A stretch of 35,433 bases of DNA from Methanobacteriota archaeon (GCA_005878325.1 VBMR01000135.1:1-35433); one strand, 5' to 3'; numbered from the stretch's first letter, positions 17,467 to 26,638 are shown. Program-made: numbers and translations. Notes: generated by a model not told the origin, from the letters alone.

Positions 17467-18357
17467 TTAGGAGTGCAGTGCGGCCTTTCGGGCCGCCATC
17501 CAAATGGTGTTGTAGCGATTGATGTTGAGCACTGACTTCAGAATCCAATGAAATAGATAATAGCCGCGATGAAGGATGAGCTTTCGGCCGCTTTTCGCAT
17601 AGTACGGGTCGAGTGAGTCGGAAACGATGGTGAAACCAAATCGCTCCAACGCCTGCCGTAGCGTCTTTCGGGTGAACTGAGAGAGATGAATTTCAACCAC
17701 CGTGCTGTCCAAGGCAATTTTGGGGAGGCCGGAGGCGCCGAGTCGCCGGCCGCCCGACCCCAGGTTGTTCAACCCATGAAAAACCGTCCGAAATCTCCGT
17801 TCCATGGAGAGAAGATCATTGGGCACTGCAATGAAGACGACACCCTCCTCGTTCAAGAGGGACCAGCACTTCGCTAACAAGGCGCCCGGGTCGGGGACGT
17901 GTTCAAGGACATGAAACAGAGTAATGTTGTCGAATGTGCGGCCGAAGGAGATGGTCTCGATGTCTCCTCGAATCAGATCGAGGCCGTATTTTTCCTTCGC
18001 GATGGCGATTGCGCTCTCGGAAATCTCGGTTCCGAAAACCTCCGAGAACGTACCTTTCGCGTGAAACAAGAACTCGCCGATCCCCGACCCAATGTCCAGG
18101 AGCGAGCCGGGCTTCATGTGACGGCGTACCTTCTTCACACGTCGTTGCCACAGCCGGTCGCGGGCGTGCTCCTCCGATAGCCATACGTCGTATTTTTCCG
18201 GTTTCGAGTAGTAGGCGGTCAGCTCCCGGAGGGTCGGCCGGGGATTCACGAAGACGTACCCGCATTCCCGGCAACCCTGTAACTCGGCGACGGGATCGAC
18301 GACCTCCAGCATCGCCCCTTTGCAAAGATTACACGAACTCAGGGTTTCAGTCTCCAT
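17467..18357 (-). CDS. Class I SAM-dependent methyltransferase with an N-terminal Cys4 zinc ribbon
   Basis: N-terminal CNLC...CRECG. SAM motif I is LLDIGSGIGEF, and FDNITLFHVLEHVPDP and VVFIAVPN follow. GC content is clearly lower than in the flanks (individual 60-nt lines at ~42-57% versus ~75%). Confidence 0.85.
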   Translation of the reverse strand: METETLSSCNLCKGAMLEVVDPVAELQGCRECGYVFVNPRPTLRELTAYYSKPEKYDVWLSEEHARDRLWQRRVKKVRRHMKPGSLLDIGSGIGEFLFHAKGTFSEVFGTEISESAIAIAKEKYGLDLIRGDIETISFGRTFDNITLFHVLEHVPDPGALLAKCWSLLNEEGVVFIAVPNDLLSMERRFRTVFHGLNNLGSGGRRLGASGLPKIALDSTVVEIHLSQFTRKTLRQALERFGFTIVSDSLDPYYAKSGRKLILHRGYYLFHWILKSVLNINRYNTIWMAARKAALHS

Positions 18358-18489
18358 GACGGTCCCTGTGTGTCACTTAGCCCGATGATCGTTGCCCTTT
18401 ACCAGACTTTTGGGAGAGCCTCCGGGTTCTGTGGCGTTGCGGGGGACGCCGGGCGGAAACGGTAAAGACCGTCGCCCGATAGCCGACCC

Positions 18490-19719
18490 GTGCCCTCCGG
18501 GGACCGCGCCGCGCCTTCGATCGCCCTCCTCCTATCGGACGGGTTCATCAACCGGACCGGGATCGGGCGGTACCAGCAGGCGTTGATCGAGGAACTATCG
18601 GGCCGGATCAACCTTCATGCCCTCGTGGACGAACGGTGGGTAGGGCGGATGTCGGGAGGGTCCTTCCCGCCGCCGTTCCGGATGACCCCGATCCATCGGT
18701 ATCGCCGCGTCAGAACGGTCGCCCGTAACGCGCCTCGGATAGTCGGCAATGCGGTACGCAGCCGTGACTTCAGGACGCGGGACCCCCTCCGATTTCTCGA
18801 GACGCTGAGAACCCGCGTCCTTCCGGCAGCCTACGTGGACCGGGCCGGATTTAGCCTCCTCCACGGGACGGCCAACTACATCCCCCGGACATTCGGCCCT
18901 ACGGCCCGCGTCGTCACGATTCACGATACGATTCCCCTCTCGCACCCGGAGGGGCTCCCGAAACTGCTGATCGGCGGTTTCGTCCGGCCCTCCGAGCTAC
19001 GCCCTGAGGACCACGTAATCACAGATTCGCAGACATCTCTCCGCGAACTACGGCGACTGTTCGACCATCCGAGGGATCGGCTCCATGCCATCCCGCTCGC
19101 GCCCGATCACCGCGTGTTCCGACCCGGGCCAGCTCCGAGCAATAAGGGGCCGCCCTATGTCCTCTCGGTGGGCATCATCGCCCGGCACAAGAACCTCCTC
19201 CAAGGGCTTCGGGCATTCGAGCAGGTCGCTGCCCGCCGGCGGGATCTCCGGTGGAAAATCGTTGGCCTGAAAGGTTGGGGGTGGCCGGAATTTCGTCGCG
19301 CCCTCGACGCATCGACCGCAAAGGACCGGGTCGATGTCCTCGGGCTCACGACGGACGAAGGCCTTGCCGAGTACTATCGTGGCGCCCGCGCACTCTTATT
19401 CCCAAGCCTCGTCGAGGGCTTCGGGATCCCCGTCCTCGAGGCGTTGGCGTGCGGCACGCCCGTCGCCGCCTCCTCGATCGCCGTTCTCCACGAAATCGCG
19501 GAGGGCGCGTTCGTCCCTTTCGACCCCTCCGACGCGACGGGAATCGCGGAGGCCCTCGAACGCGCAGCCTTCGATGAGGCGGAGCGAGACAGGCTGCGCC
19601 GGAACGGGCTAGACAAGGCCGCGATGTTCACCTGGTCGAAGGTCGCAGAGGACCATCTTCGGGTGTACGCGGCGGCCCTCGAGACGGACGTTGGGTCACT
19701 CCTCGTCCGCGGCAAGTGA
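18490..19719 (+). CDS. GT4-family glycosyltransferase
   Basis: ALLFPSLVEGFGIPVLEALACGTPVAASSIAVLHEIAEGAFVPFDPSD is the GT-B/GT4 C-terminal signature. Confidence 0.85.
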   Translation: MPSGDRAAPSIALLLSDGFINRTGIGRYQQALIEELSGRINLHALVDERWVGRMSGGSFPPPFRMTPIHRYRRVRTVARNAPRIVGNAVRSRDFRTRDPLRFLETLRTRVLPAAYVDRAGFSLLHGTANYIPRTFGPTARVVTIHDTIPLSHPEGLPKLLIGGFVRPSELRPEDHVITDSQTSLRELRRLFDHPRDRLHAIPLAPDHRVFRPGPAPSNKGPPYVLSVGIIARHKNLLQGLRAFEQVAARRRDLRWKIVGLKGWGWPEFRRALDASTAKDRVDVLGLTTDEGLAEYYRGARALLFPSLVEGFGIPVLEALACGTPVAASSIAVLHEIAEGAFVPFDPSDATGIAEALERAAFDEAERDRLRRNGLDKAAMFTWSKVAEDHLRVYAAALETDVGSLLVRGK

Positions 19720-19868
19720 GCCCCGCGCCGTCGGTAGGGAGGGGAATCCTATTTGTCCCCCGGCGGTTCTCTGGCACCCAGGCGGATGCGCGCCATTCTC
19801 ACAACCGCGGCGACCTCGAAGGTCCCCGAGCCGGTCGCGCTCGGTCAATCGGTTTCGGAAGGTGAGGG

Positions 19869-20606
19869 ATGAAGGTCCGTGGGGACGTCCCGGAATTCGC
19901 TTGGCCGGCACATTTCGTGTACACATACGCCGCGAAGGCCCTCGCCTGGCTGCTCGACGGCCACGCGTTCTTCCGGGAGGCCCTCTTGCGCCGCTGGCCA
20001 GGGTTTGTCCACCGGTCGCTCCTTCTAACGGAACGGATCGTCGAAATCCCGTTCGCCCTCCGAGCACTCGATCTGCCGCGGGGGAGCCGGGTCCTCGACC
20101 TCGGCGCAAAGGCTTCCCCCTTGCCCCTGTTCCTCAGCGCCCAAGGTCTGCGCGTCGTCGCCGTCGACCTCTCGCCCTTTCCCATCCAAGGGGCAGGACC
20201 CGATTTCGTGCTTGCCGACATGCGGAGCCCGCCGTTTCGATCGGACGCGTTTGACGCGGCCGCGATCGTCAGCACCCTGGAGCATGTGGGCGTGGGCTTC
20301 TACGACTGAAAGGTCGACCCCGAGGACGACCTTGCCCTGATGGACCGACTCCGCGCGCTCGTGCGCCCCGAGGGTCGAGTCGTCCTGACGGTCCCCTACG
20401 GCCGACCCGAGGCCGATCGACTCCAGCGGGTCTATGACCACGCCCGGTTGCGCCTCGCGACCTCGGGATGGACAATCGAACGGGAGGCGTATGCGATCCG
20501 GGAGGGCCGGACTTGGCGTCACGCCACGGAGGCGGAGGCGGCGCAAAATCGGTCGGTTCCGGAAACCCGGGCCGTCGCGATGCTCGTCCTCCGCCCGTCC
20601 GGTTGA
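19869..20606 (+). pseudogene. SAM-dependent methyltransferase interrupted by one in-frame TGA (codon 147)
   Basis: ORFs 19869-20309 and 20340-20606 are in the same frame and join as ...AAIVSTLEHVGVGFYD*KVDPEDDLALMDRLRALVRPEGRVVLTVPYG. Motif I is VLDLGAKASPLPLFLSAQG. Confidence 0.7.
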
Positions 20607-20610
20607 TCCT

Positions 20611-21720
20611 ATGAAGGTCGCCGTCCTCTACGACTCTCTACAGACCATCGGAGGCGGGGAACGGGTTGCGCTCACGCTCGCGAAGCATCTTCCCGCGGAC
20701 CTGGTGACGACGGCGCCCAATCGCGACCTTCCGGAACGCGCCGGATTCCCCGGGGTGGACATCGTCGACCTCGGGGGACTCATCCGGCAACCCCCGCTCA
20801 AGCAAATCGATGCGTCGTGGAAATTCGCCCGCGCTCGCCTGGACGGGTACGACGTCTACGTCATGATTGGGAACTGGGCCCATTACGCGGCGAGGCGCCA
20901 CCACCCGAACGTCTACTATTGCCTCACGCCCACTCGAAGCTTTCACGACCAGCGGGCGGCAATGTTGGCGCGCCTCGGAGTCCCGAACCGCTGGGTCGCC
21001 CGGGCCTGGACGGCCGGCCACTCCCGGTTCGAGCGCCGGTCCATCGCCCATTGCGACGAAGTGGTGTCCATCAGTGAAACCATCCGCGACCGGGTGCGGC
21101 GATACTTCGGTCGGGAATCCACCGTCGTCTACCCGCCCGTCCGGACCTCCCTGCATCACTTCGAGGGGGTGGGAGACTTCTGGCTCTCCGTGAGCCGCAT
21201 GTATCCGGAGAAACGGATCGAACTCCAGCTCGAGGTTTTCCGCCGGCTTCCCGACGAGAAACTCGTGATCGCCGGAGGCTACTCGGCGGGGGATTGGGGA
21301 GAGCGGTATCTCTCGCGCCTTCGCCCTCCTCCGAACGTGACCTTCCTCGGCGAGGTGCCGGAGGCGCGCCTCCTGGACCTGTTCTCCCGGTGCCGGGGCT
21401 TCATCACCACGGCTGTCGACGAGGACTTCGGCATCACTCCGGTCGAGGCGATGGCCGCGGGGAAGTGCGTCCTTGCCACGGACGAAGGAGGATACCGGGA
21501 GACGGTCCTCGACGGGAAGACGGGATTCCTCCTCCCTCCGGAGGCCGACGCGTTCGCCAAACGGGTCCGGGGACTCGATGATGCGACCCTCCGGGGGATG
21601 CGAGATGCCTGCGCGGCCCGCGCCCGCCGGTTCGACGAGTCCGTTTTCCTCGACCGGATGCGCGCTTTGCTTGCGCAGAGGACGAAAGGAGCGCGGCCAT
21701 CGGAAGAGCGATACGGTTAA
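20611..21720 (+). CDS. GT4-family glycosyltransferase
   Basis: MKVAVLYDSLQTIGGGERVALTL at the N-terminus. C-terminal signature: GFITTAVDEDFGITPVEAMAAGKCVLATDEGGYRETVLDGKTGFLLPPE. Confidence 0.88.
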   Translation: MKVAVLYDSLQTIGGGERVALTLAKHLPADLVTTAPNRDLPERAGFPGVDIVDLGGLIRQPPLKQIDASWKFARARLDGYDVYVMIGNWAHYAARRHHPNVYYCLTPTRSFHDQRAAMLARLGVPNRWVARAWTAGHSRFERRSIAHCDEVVSISETIRDRVRRYFGRESTVVYPPVRTSLHHFEGVGDFWLSVSRMYPEKRIELQLEVFRRLPDEKLVIAGGYSAGDWGERYLSRLRPPPNVTFLGEVPEARLLDLFSRCRGFITTAVDEDFGITPVEAMAAGKCVLATDEGGYRETVLDGKTGFLLPPEADAFAKRVRGLDDATLRGMRDACAARARRFDESVFLDRMRALLAQRTKGARPSEERYG

Positions 21721-21745
21721 GGGCTGAGGGTGGACTCCGCACGCC

Positions 21746-22726
21746 ATGACCAAGTCGGCACTCGTGACGGGCGCGACGGGCCAAGACGGCTCCTTCCTGA
21801 TGGAGCTGCTCCTGAAGAAGGGATACAGGGTCTACGGTCTCGTCCGACGTCTGAGCGTCCCCAACCTCGGGAACATCGAACATCTCATCGACCGAGTGAC
21901 GCTGATCGACGGAGACCTGATCGACCAGTCCTCGCTCAACTCCGCCGTCAAGGAAGCCGAGCCCGACGAAATCTACAGTCTCGCGGCCCAGTCCTTCGTC
22001 GCAACGTCGTTCGTACAGCCTGTCCTCACCGGGGAGATCACGGGGCTCGGAGTGGTCCGGCTCCTGGAGGCGATGCGAGCCTACGCGGCGGACGCGCGGC
22101 TGTACCAGGCGTCGTCGAGCGAGATGTTTGGGAAGGTGGACCGCGAGCCGCAGGACGAAGGCACGCCATTCCATCCTCGGAGCCCGTACGGGGTGGCCAA
22201 GGTCTACGCGTACTGGGCCTGCGTGAACTACCGAGAAGCCCACGGCCTGTTCGTCTCCAACGGCATCTTGTTCAATCACGAAAGCGAGAGACGCGGTCTC
22301 GAGTTTCTGACGCGGAAGGTGAGCAACGGCGTGGCGAGGATTCACCACGGCCTCGCGAAGACAATCACCCTCGGAAACCTCGATGCGAAGCGGGACTGGG
22401 GCTATGCCCCCGAATTCGTGGACCTGATGTGGCGGATTCTCCAGCACAAGGAGTCGGATGACTTCGTGGGAGCGACGGGCGAGGCGCATTCCGTTCGCGA
22501 GTTTGTGGAAGAGGCGTTCCACGTCGCCGGCATTTCGGACTGGGAGGCCCACGTGAAGATCGACGAGAAGAACTTCCGTCCCTCGGAGATCTACAACCTC
22601 CGTGGCGACCCAGGCAAGGCGAAGCGCGTCCTCGGTTGGCAGGCGAAGACCACGTTCAAGGAACTCGCCAAAATCATGGTTGAAGCGGACATTGAGAACC
22701 TGGAAGGATCTCGCAAGCCGAAGTGA
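21746..22726 (+). CDS. gmd: GDP-mannose 4,6-dehydratase
   Basis: ALVTGATGQDGSFLMELLLKKGYRVYG, SSSEMFG, SPYGVAKVYAYWACVNYREAHGLFVSNGILFNHESERRG and LGNLDAKRDWGYAPEFV all match the Gmd signature blocks. Confidence 0.93.
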   Translation: MTKSALVTGATGQDGSFLMELLLKKGYRVYGLVRRLSVPNLGNIEHLIDRVTLIDGDLIDQSSLNSAVKEAEPDEIYSLAAQSFVATSFVQPVLTGEITGLGVVRLLEAMRAYAADARLYQASSSEMFGKVDREPQDEGTPFHPRSPYGVAKVYAYWACVNYREAHGLFVSNGILFNHESERRGLEFLTRKVSNGVARIHHGLAKTITLGNLDAKRDWGYAPEFVDLMWRILQHKESDDFVGATGEAHSVREFVEEAFHVAGISDWEAHVKIDEKNFRPSEIYNLRGDPGKAKRVLGWQAKTTFKELAKIMVEADIENLEGSRKPK

Positions 22727-22730
22727 TGGG

Positions 22731-23117
22731 CTACGGCCTCGGGGGAACGGGGAAGCACGCGGTGCAATGGGGGTCGATGTCCCCCAGGCTCTTGTGGTAC
22801 TCGCAGAAACGAGCCGTTAGCATCAGGCCCGAACAAAAACCGTTCACACTCGCGATCTGGTCGGAGAGAGTCATGCCGCTGGCAATCTGCTCGGCGAGCC
22901 CATGCACATAGGACTTAATCTCCGGGAAGAGCCGGAGCATCTCCTGGTCCACACCGCGGCTCTGCGTATTGTAGTGACTCACCGCCGCCTGCGTGATTCC
23001 CATCGCCCGGGCGACGTCGACCTGTTTCATCTTGTGCGATCGAAGGAGTTCGCGGGCCAACCTCGCTCGGATTGTGGGGAGAAGCTTCGCCACCACGAGC
23101 TCTTGGGGTTGAAGCAT
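22731..23117 (-). CDS. XRE/Cro-type HTH transcriptional regulator with a Cys-rich C-terminal domain
   Basis: The HTH is MKQVDVARAMGITQAAVSHYNTQSRG. The C-terminus is FCSGLMLTARFCEYHKSLGDIDPHCTAC. The preferred start is the ATG at 23117 (MLQPQELVV), with an AT-rich promoter-like region upstream. The track ORF extends to 23192. Confidence 0.65.
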   Translation of the reverse strand: MLQPQELVVAKLLPTIRARLARELLRSHKMKQVDVARAMGITQAAVSHYNTQSRGVDQEMLRLFPEIKSYVHGLAEQIASGMTLSDQIASVNGFCSGLMLTARFCEYHKSLGDIDPHCTACFPVPPRP

Positions 23118-23145
23118 CCACGGGACCTGGCCCTCGGGGCCAAAA

Positions 23146-23170
23146 TGAATACAGTATAACACGGTATTCA
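23146..23170. promoter_or_regulatory. 7-bp inverted repeat TGAATAC-N11-GTATTCA around a TATA-like element upstream of the HTH regulator gene
   Basis: Read directly: tgaatacagtataacacggtattca. It lies 30-50 nt upstream of the ATG at 23117. Confidence 0.4.
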
Positions 23171-23309
23171 ACCTGACGGTCCATCCGGACAAACCTTAAG
23201 ACACGATGTGCCGGACGGCAGCGGACGCCACGTCGGACCCATAGTGCGCCCACCCGACGACTCATCTAGCGATACGTCCATCAGCCCGCAAACGCCCGCG
23301 GCAACAAAC

Positions 23310-24227
23310 TCAGCCCGACACGAAGGCTCGGGCCATCGTCAGCATGTTTCGCGGACGATCGCGCCACCGGCGGCCAAAGTAGGGCAGCCACTTCGGACCG
23401 TACGAAATGTACTCTGCCACCCGATGGCCTTTCGAGACGAGTTCCGTGTGGAGCGGGTCCCGGACACCCTGAAGCAGGTTGAAGTCGAATCGCGCGGGCC
23501 GCTCCTTCGCGAGTTCGAGGGCCCGCTGAATCATTCGTGGGTCGTGGCTCGCCACCGCAAAATCCCGGGCCCGCGCAAAGAGGATCTCGAGGTTCGAAAG
23601 ATACGCGCGATCGATGTCCGTTCGTGATTCGTAGGCGATGTCGGACGGTTCCTTGTATGCGCCCTTGACGAGGCGAATCCGGACGCCGACCTGCGCCAAC
23701 CGCTCGACATCTTTCAGGGTTCGTTTCAAGTTCGCCTGGAGGCAGATTCCTACCTTGGCATGTCGCTCCAAGAGCCGTTCGCAAATCCAAATCGTGTCGT
23801 CCGTCGTGTCGGCGGTCTCCATGTCGAGCCACAGGACGCGGTCCTGGGCCCTCGCCACATCGAGCACGGGGAAGATTTGCGACAGGGCATAGGCCCTGTC
23901 GATGAGGAGGCCAAACTGCGTGGGCTTGAGGCTCACCGTCCCTCGGATTCCGCTCGATTGCATCGCGTCCAAGAGCCGCAGATACTCCCGCGTCGTCGCC
24001 TCGACTTGCGCTCGATCCAGGAGGCGTTCCCCCAGATGGTTCACGATGGCCTCCATGCCCCGGTCGTTTGCTTGCTTCGCGGCGCGGAGGGCCTCGTCCA
24101 GGGTCTCGCCCGCGACCCACTGATGGGATCGGCCGATGAACGACTCACCCGCCCGCTTCGCGAACGCGAGCAGCTCCGACCAAGTCCGAGGACGGTCGAA
24201 AGCCGTCGGAAGGTGCGTTGGTCGCAT
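23310..24227 (-). CDS. Proline dehydrogenase (Pro_dh family)
   Basis: VSLKPTQFGL, LWLDMETADTTD, CLQANLKRTLKDV, VRIRLVKGAYKEP, AVASHDP and FNLLQGVRDPL...GHRVAEYISYGPKWLPYFGRRWRDRP follow the PRODH TIM-barrel motif order. Upstream of the ATG at 24227 the track ORF looks like junk. Confidence 0.85.
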   Translation of the reverse strand: MRPTHLPTAFDRPRTWSELLAFAKRAGESFIGRSHQWVAGETLDEALRAAKQANDRGMEAIVNHLGERLLDRAQVEATTREYLRLLDAMQSSGIRGTVSLKPTQFGLLIDRAYALSQIFPVLDVARAQDRVLWLDMETADTTDDTIWICERLLERHAKVGICLQANLKRTLKDVERLAQVGVRIRLVKGAYKEPSDIAYESRTDIDRAYLSNLEILFARARDFAVASHDPRMIQRALELAKERPARFDFNLLQGVRDPLHTELVSKGHRVAEYISYGPKWLPYFGRRWRDRPRNMLTMARAFVSG

Positions 24228-24325
24228 GAGTCCCGGTCCACCCCAAGCGTTTGTACCAACCGCCGCCGTCTGGCTGTTGGTCCGCGGCCGAGGTCCGGGC
24301 GCCATGCTCCTGCGATCCCTGCGCC

Positions 24326-25717
24326 CTATGCGGCGAGGAGGTCGGACCGAATCTCGGGGTCCTTCTCCCACGGGGCCCTCAAAGCGGTCGCGAGGGCGGG
24401 AGGCTCCATCTCCAGGAGTGCCCGGAGCAGCCGGGCCTTCCGGTACCCGTCGGAGGGATCGCCGATGCCTCGGAACGCGGGAACGCTGGTAAGGAAGAAC
24501 TTGGGCGGCATCTCGAGGCCATACAGGCGGGCGTACGTTCGCTCGATCACCGGATGGTACGGCGCGTGGGAGCCGACGACCCACCCACCGAGACCGAGTC
24601 GGAACAGCGCGACCTCATACGCGACAATGTCAGGCATGATCCAATTCCACGCGTCCTCGCCTTCCAGGTCGTGTCGCTGCTGGCAGAACCGGCAGGTGAA
24701 GATCAGGTGGGTGCCGGGCCGCCATTCGACCCGAGTCCGGCGGAAGCACGCCGGGCAATGGACCCAGAAGGCGGAGGCTTGCGAATCCCTCTGGTAAGGT
24801 TCCACCCCCTGTGCGACCTGCTCCTTGGTCACGTCCGCCTTTGTCGCGGTCACGTCGGCGGCGCGCTCCGCCAGCGTGGTCAGCTCCGGGCGAAGCAGGT
24901 CCGTCAGCTCCCTCATCGGGAGGAATACGATCCGGCTCGCCTCGTCGCCGAGCATCCGCTGGAACAAGTCGTGCTGGACCCGGATCAGCCAGTCCCCGAA
25001 GCTCTCCACCGCCGACGCGGCGAGCTTCATCATCTGGAACAAGTCGTCGAGCCGCACGGTAATGGTTTCCTTGGCCTTCGGCAGGACCTTCTGTCCCTCC
25101 TTCTTTTCGTGGGCGAGGTTGTTCTCCACGAATGCCTCGATTTGATCCCGGAGGGCGTCCAGCCCGGAATCAGTAGGTGGAGGAAGCCAGCGGAAGGGGG
25201 TGTTCGCGTGAGCCTTCCCGACCTGCACCTTCGGGGGATGCTTCACGTCGTCCGGCGACCCGCCCTTCAGCGGGGCCCCAAACCGGAGGTTCTCGGGCCG
25301 CATGGCGGGGGAATAGTGGTTCCCGATCAGGTAGAGGGTGAGCGCGTTCGAGTCGCGCATCGCGATGTCGTGGGCCTTCAGGACGAGCCGGACGATGCCC
25401 AAGTGGGGGAGCTGGCCGTCGTGGGCCATTTCGATCAAGAGCGTATTGGGATCCGCGACCGCGTCGAGCATCCTCCGGGTGGGTCCGTCGGCGGGAAGAC
25501 CCAGGCGACCCTTGTAGAACTCTTCCGTGAAGCGCGCAAGATCGCGTCGGCGGTCTTCGAAAGGGAACTTCTTCTGGGCGAGCCGGTGGTAGCCGCGGCA
25601 CATCGTTGCGGCGTCCCGTTCAATGACGAAGGGGTCTTGTCGGCCCCCCGTGGTAGGCGGACGGAGCGGACTCGGAATCGTCGCGATACTTCCCGATACG
25701 GCTTCCAGGCAACCCAA
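24326..25717 (-). CDS. Hypothetical protein with an embedded CxxC-x17-CxxC zinc ribbon; possible very distant BshC/UPF0747-like fold
   Basis: The translation is protein-like throughout. The zinc ribbon is HCPACFRRTRVEWRPGTHLIFTCRFCQQ. I recognise no confident family. The start is uncertain: TTG at 25717 or ATG at 25603. Confidence 0.6.
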   Translation of the reverse strand: MGCLEAVSGSIATIPSPLRPPTTGGRQDPFVIERDAATMCRGYHRLAQKKFPFEDRRRDLARFTEEFYKGRLGLPADGPTRRMLDAVADPNTLLIEMAHDGQLPHLGIVRLVLKAHDIAMRDSNALTLYLIGNHYSPAMRPENLRFGAPLKGGSPDDVKHPPKVQVGKAHANTPFRWLPPPTDSGLDALRDQIEAFVENNLAHEKKEGQKVLPKAKETITVRLDDLFQMMKLAASAVESFGDWLIRVQHDLFQRMLGDEASRIVFLPMRELTDLLRPELTTLAERAADVTATKADVTKEQVAQGVEPYQRDSQASAFWVHCPACFRRTRVEWRPGTHLIFTCRFCQQRHDLEGEDAWNWIMPDIVAYEVALFRLGLGGWVVGSHAPYHPVIERTYARLYGLEMPPKFFLTSVPAFRGIGDPSDGYRKARLLRALLEMEPPALATALRAPWEKDPEIRSDLLAA

Positions 25718-25829
25718 GTAGTTCCTTAAATTTAGCCGTTGGAATAGGATTGAACCGGCCGGACTATCGGTTATTCGATATGCGGCAGAGTGAAGGATTC
25801 CGCTTCTCAGCCCCTAGCGGGTCGGGACC

Positions 25830-26615
25830 CTAGGTCATGCAACAGCGGGGGCTCTCCCAGAAGTCCAGGCCGAGACGGACCAGCGTGGGATCCGTCGACG
25901 TGATGGCATAGGCATCCCCATCCGTCGTCCGGGACACCGTGAAAACCTGTTGCCCGTCCACGACGAGGAGGACGCAGGAACACACGATCGAACGGACTTC
26001 CGCGACCTTCGCGAGTTCTCGGGGAATCCCAATCTCCGGAACGGCGATCCGGAGGCGAATCCGTCGACGCACGATTCGCATGAGTTCGTCCTCGAGCTGC
26101 CGGAACAGGGGCTCATCGGATGTCAGGAGGACGATGTCCTTCCGGGCGGAAGCAATCAGAGCCTTGGCCCTCGTCACGACATTCGTGAAGCCTTTCACGA
26201 TGTACGCGATCTCGGCCACGGGGGCGACGGTGCCTGCGCGGAGCGGCTCCAACAGAGAGGCCACGCGGACGGTCGCGGCTTTTCGACGCTCATAGTCTGC
26301 CTGGATCAGATGGGACAACCGGAGCTCAACCTCACCCGCGGGGACCACCCGATAGATCTTCGGCTTCCCCGGTTGAACTTCGACCAAGCCCTTCTCGACG
26401 AGTTCCCCGAGGGCGTAGTAGATCTTCGAGTCCGGAATCCCGGTCTTGCCGACGAGGTCCCCCGCCGTTGCCTGCGGCAACCGAACGAGGGCACAAAACG
26501 CGGTGGTGGCGTTACCACTCAAGCCCAACTCCCTCAGGGTCGCTCCGATTCGATCGAGGGAGGGGGCGAACGACTCCTGCAGCAGGGCATTCGCGCGGAC
26601 CTTCGCTCCCGACAA
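25830..26615 (-). CDS. TrmB-family transcriptional regulator ending in a CC pair
   Basis: The N-terminal wHTH is TAFCALVRLPQATAGDLVGKTGIPDSKIYYALGELVEKGLVEVQPGKPKIYRVV, followed by a coiled-coil segment and a TrmB-like C-terminal domain. The C-terminus reads FWESPRCCMT. Confidence 0.8.
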   Translation of the reverse strand: MSGAKVRANALLQESFAPSLDRIGATLRELGLSGNATTAFCALVRLPQATAGDLVGKTGIPDSKIYYALGELVEKGLVEVQPGKPKIYRVVPAGEVELRLSHLIQADYERRKAATVRVASLLEPLRAGTVAPVAEIAYIVKGFTNVVTRAKALIASARKDIVLLTSDEPLFRQLEDELMRIVRRRIRLRIAVPEIGIPRELAKVAEVRSIVCSCVLLVVDGQQVFTVSRTTDGDAYAITSTDPTLVRLGLDFWESPRCCMT

Positions 26616-26638
26616 CTGGGAGAGGGAGGAAGGCAGCC

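Noticed and set aside
20307-20309. TGA in the methyltransferase gene read as selenocysteine or a reassigned codon
   Set aside because: Other genes in the window, such as the GT4 gene ending at 17315, terminate with TGA, so genome-wide reassignment is excluded. I see no obvious SECIS-like hairpin nearby, and this enzyme family is not a known selenoprotein family. A nonsense mutation or a sequencing error is more parsimonious.
24251-25729. 492-aa plus-strand ORF
   Set aside because: It is antisense to the better-formed 463-aa minus-strand ORF. Its composition is Arg/Pro/Gly/Val-rich and it lacks motifs.
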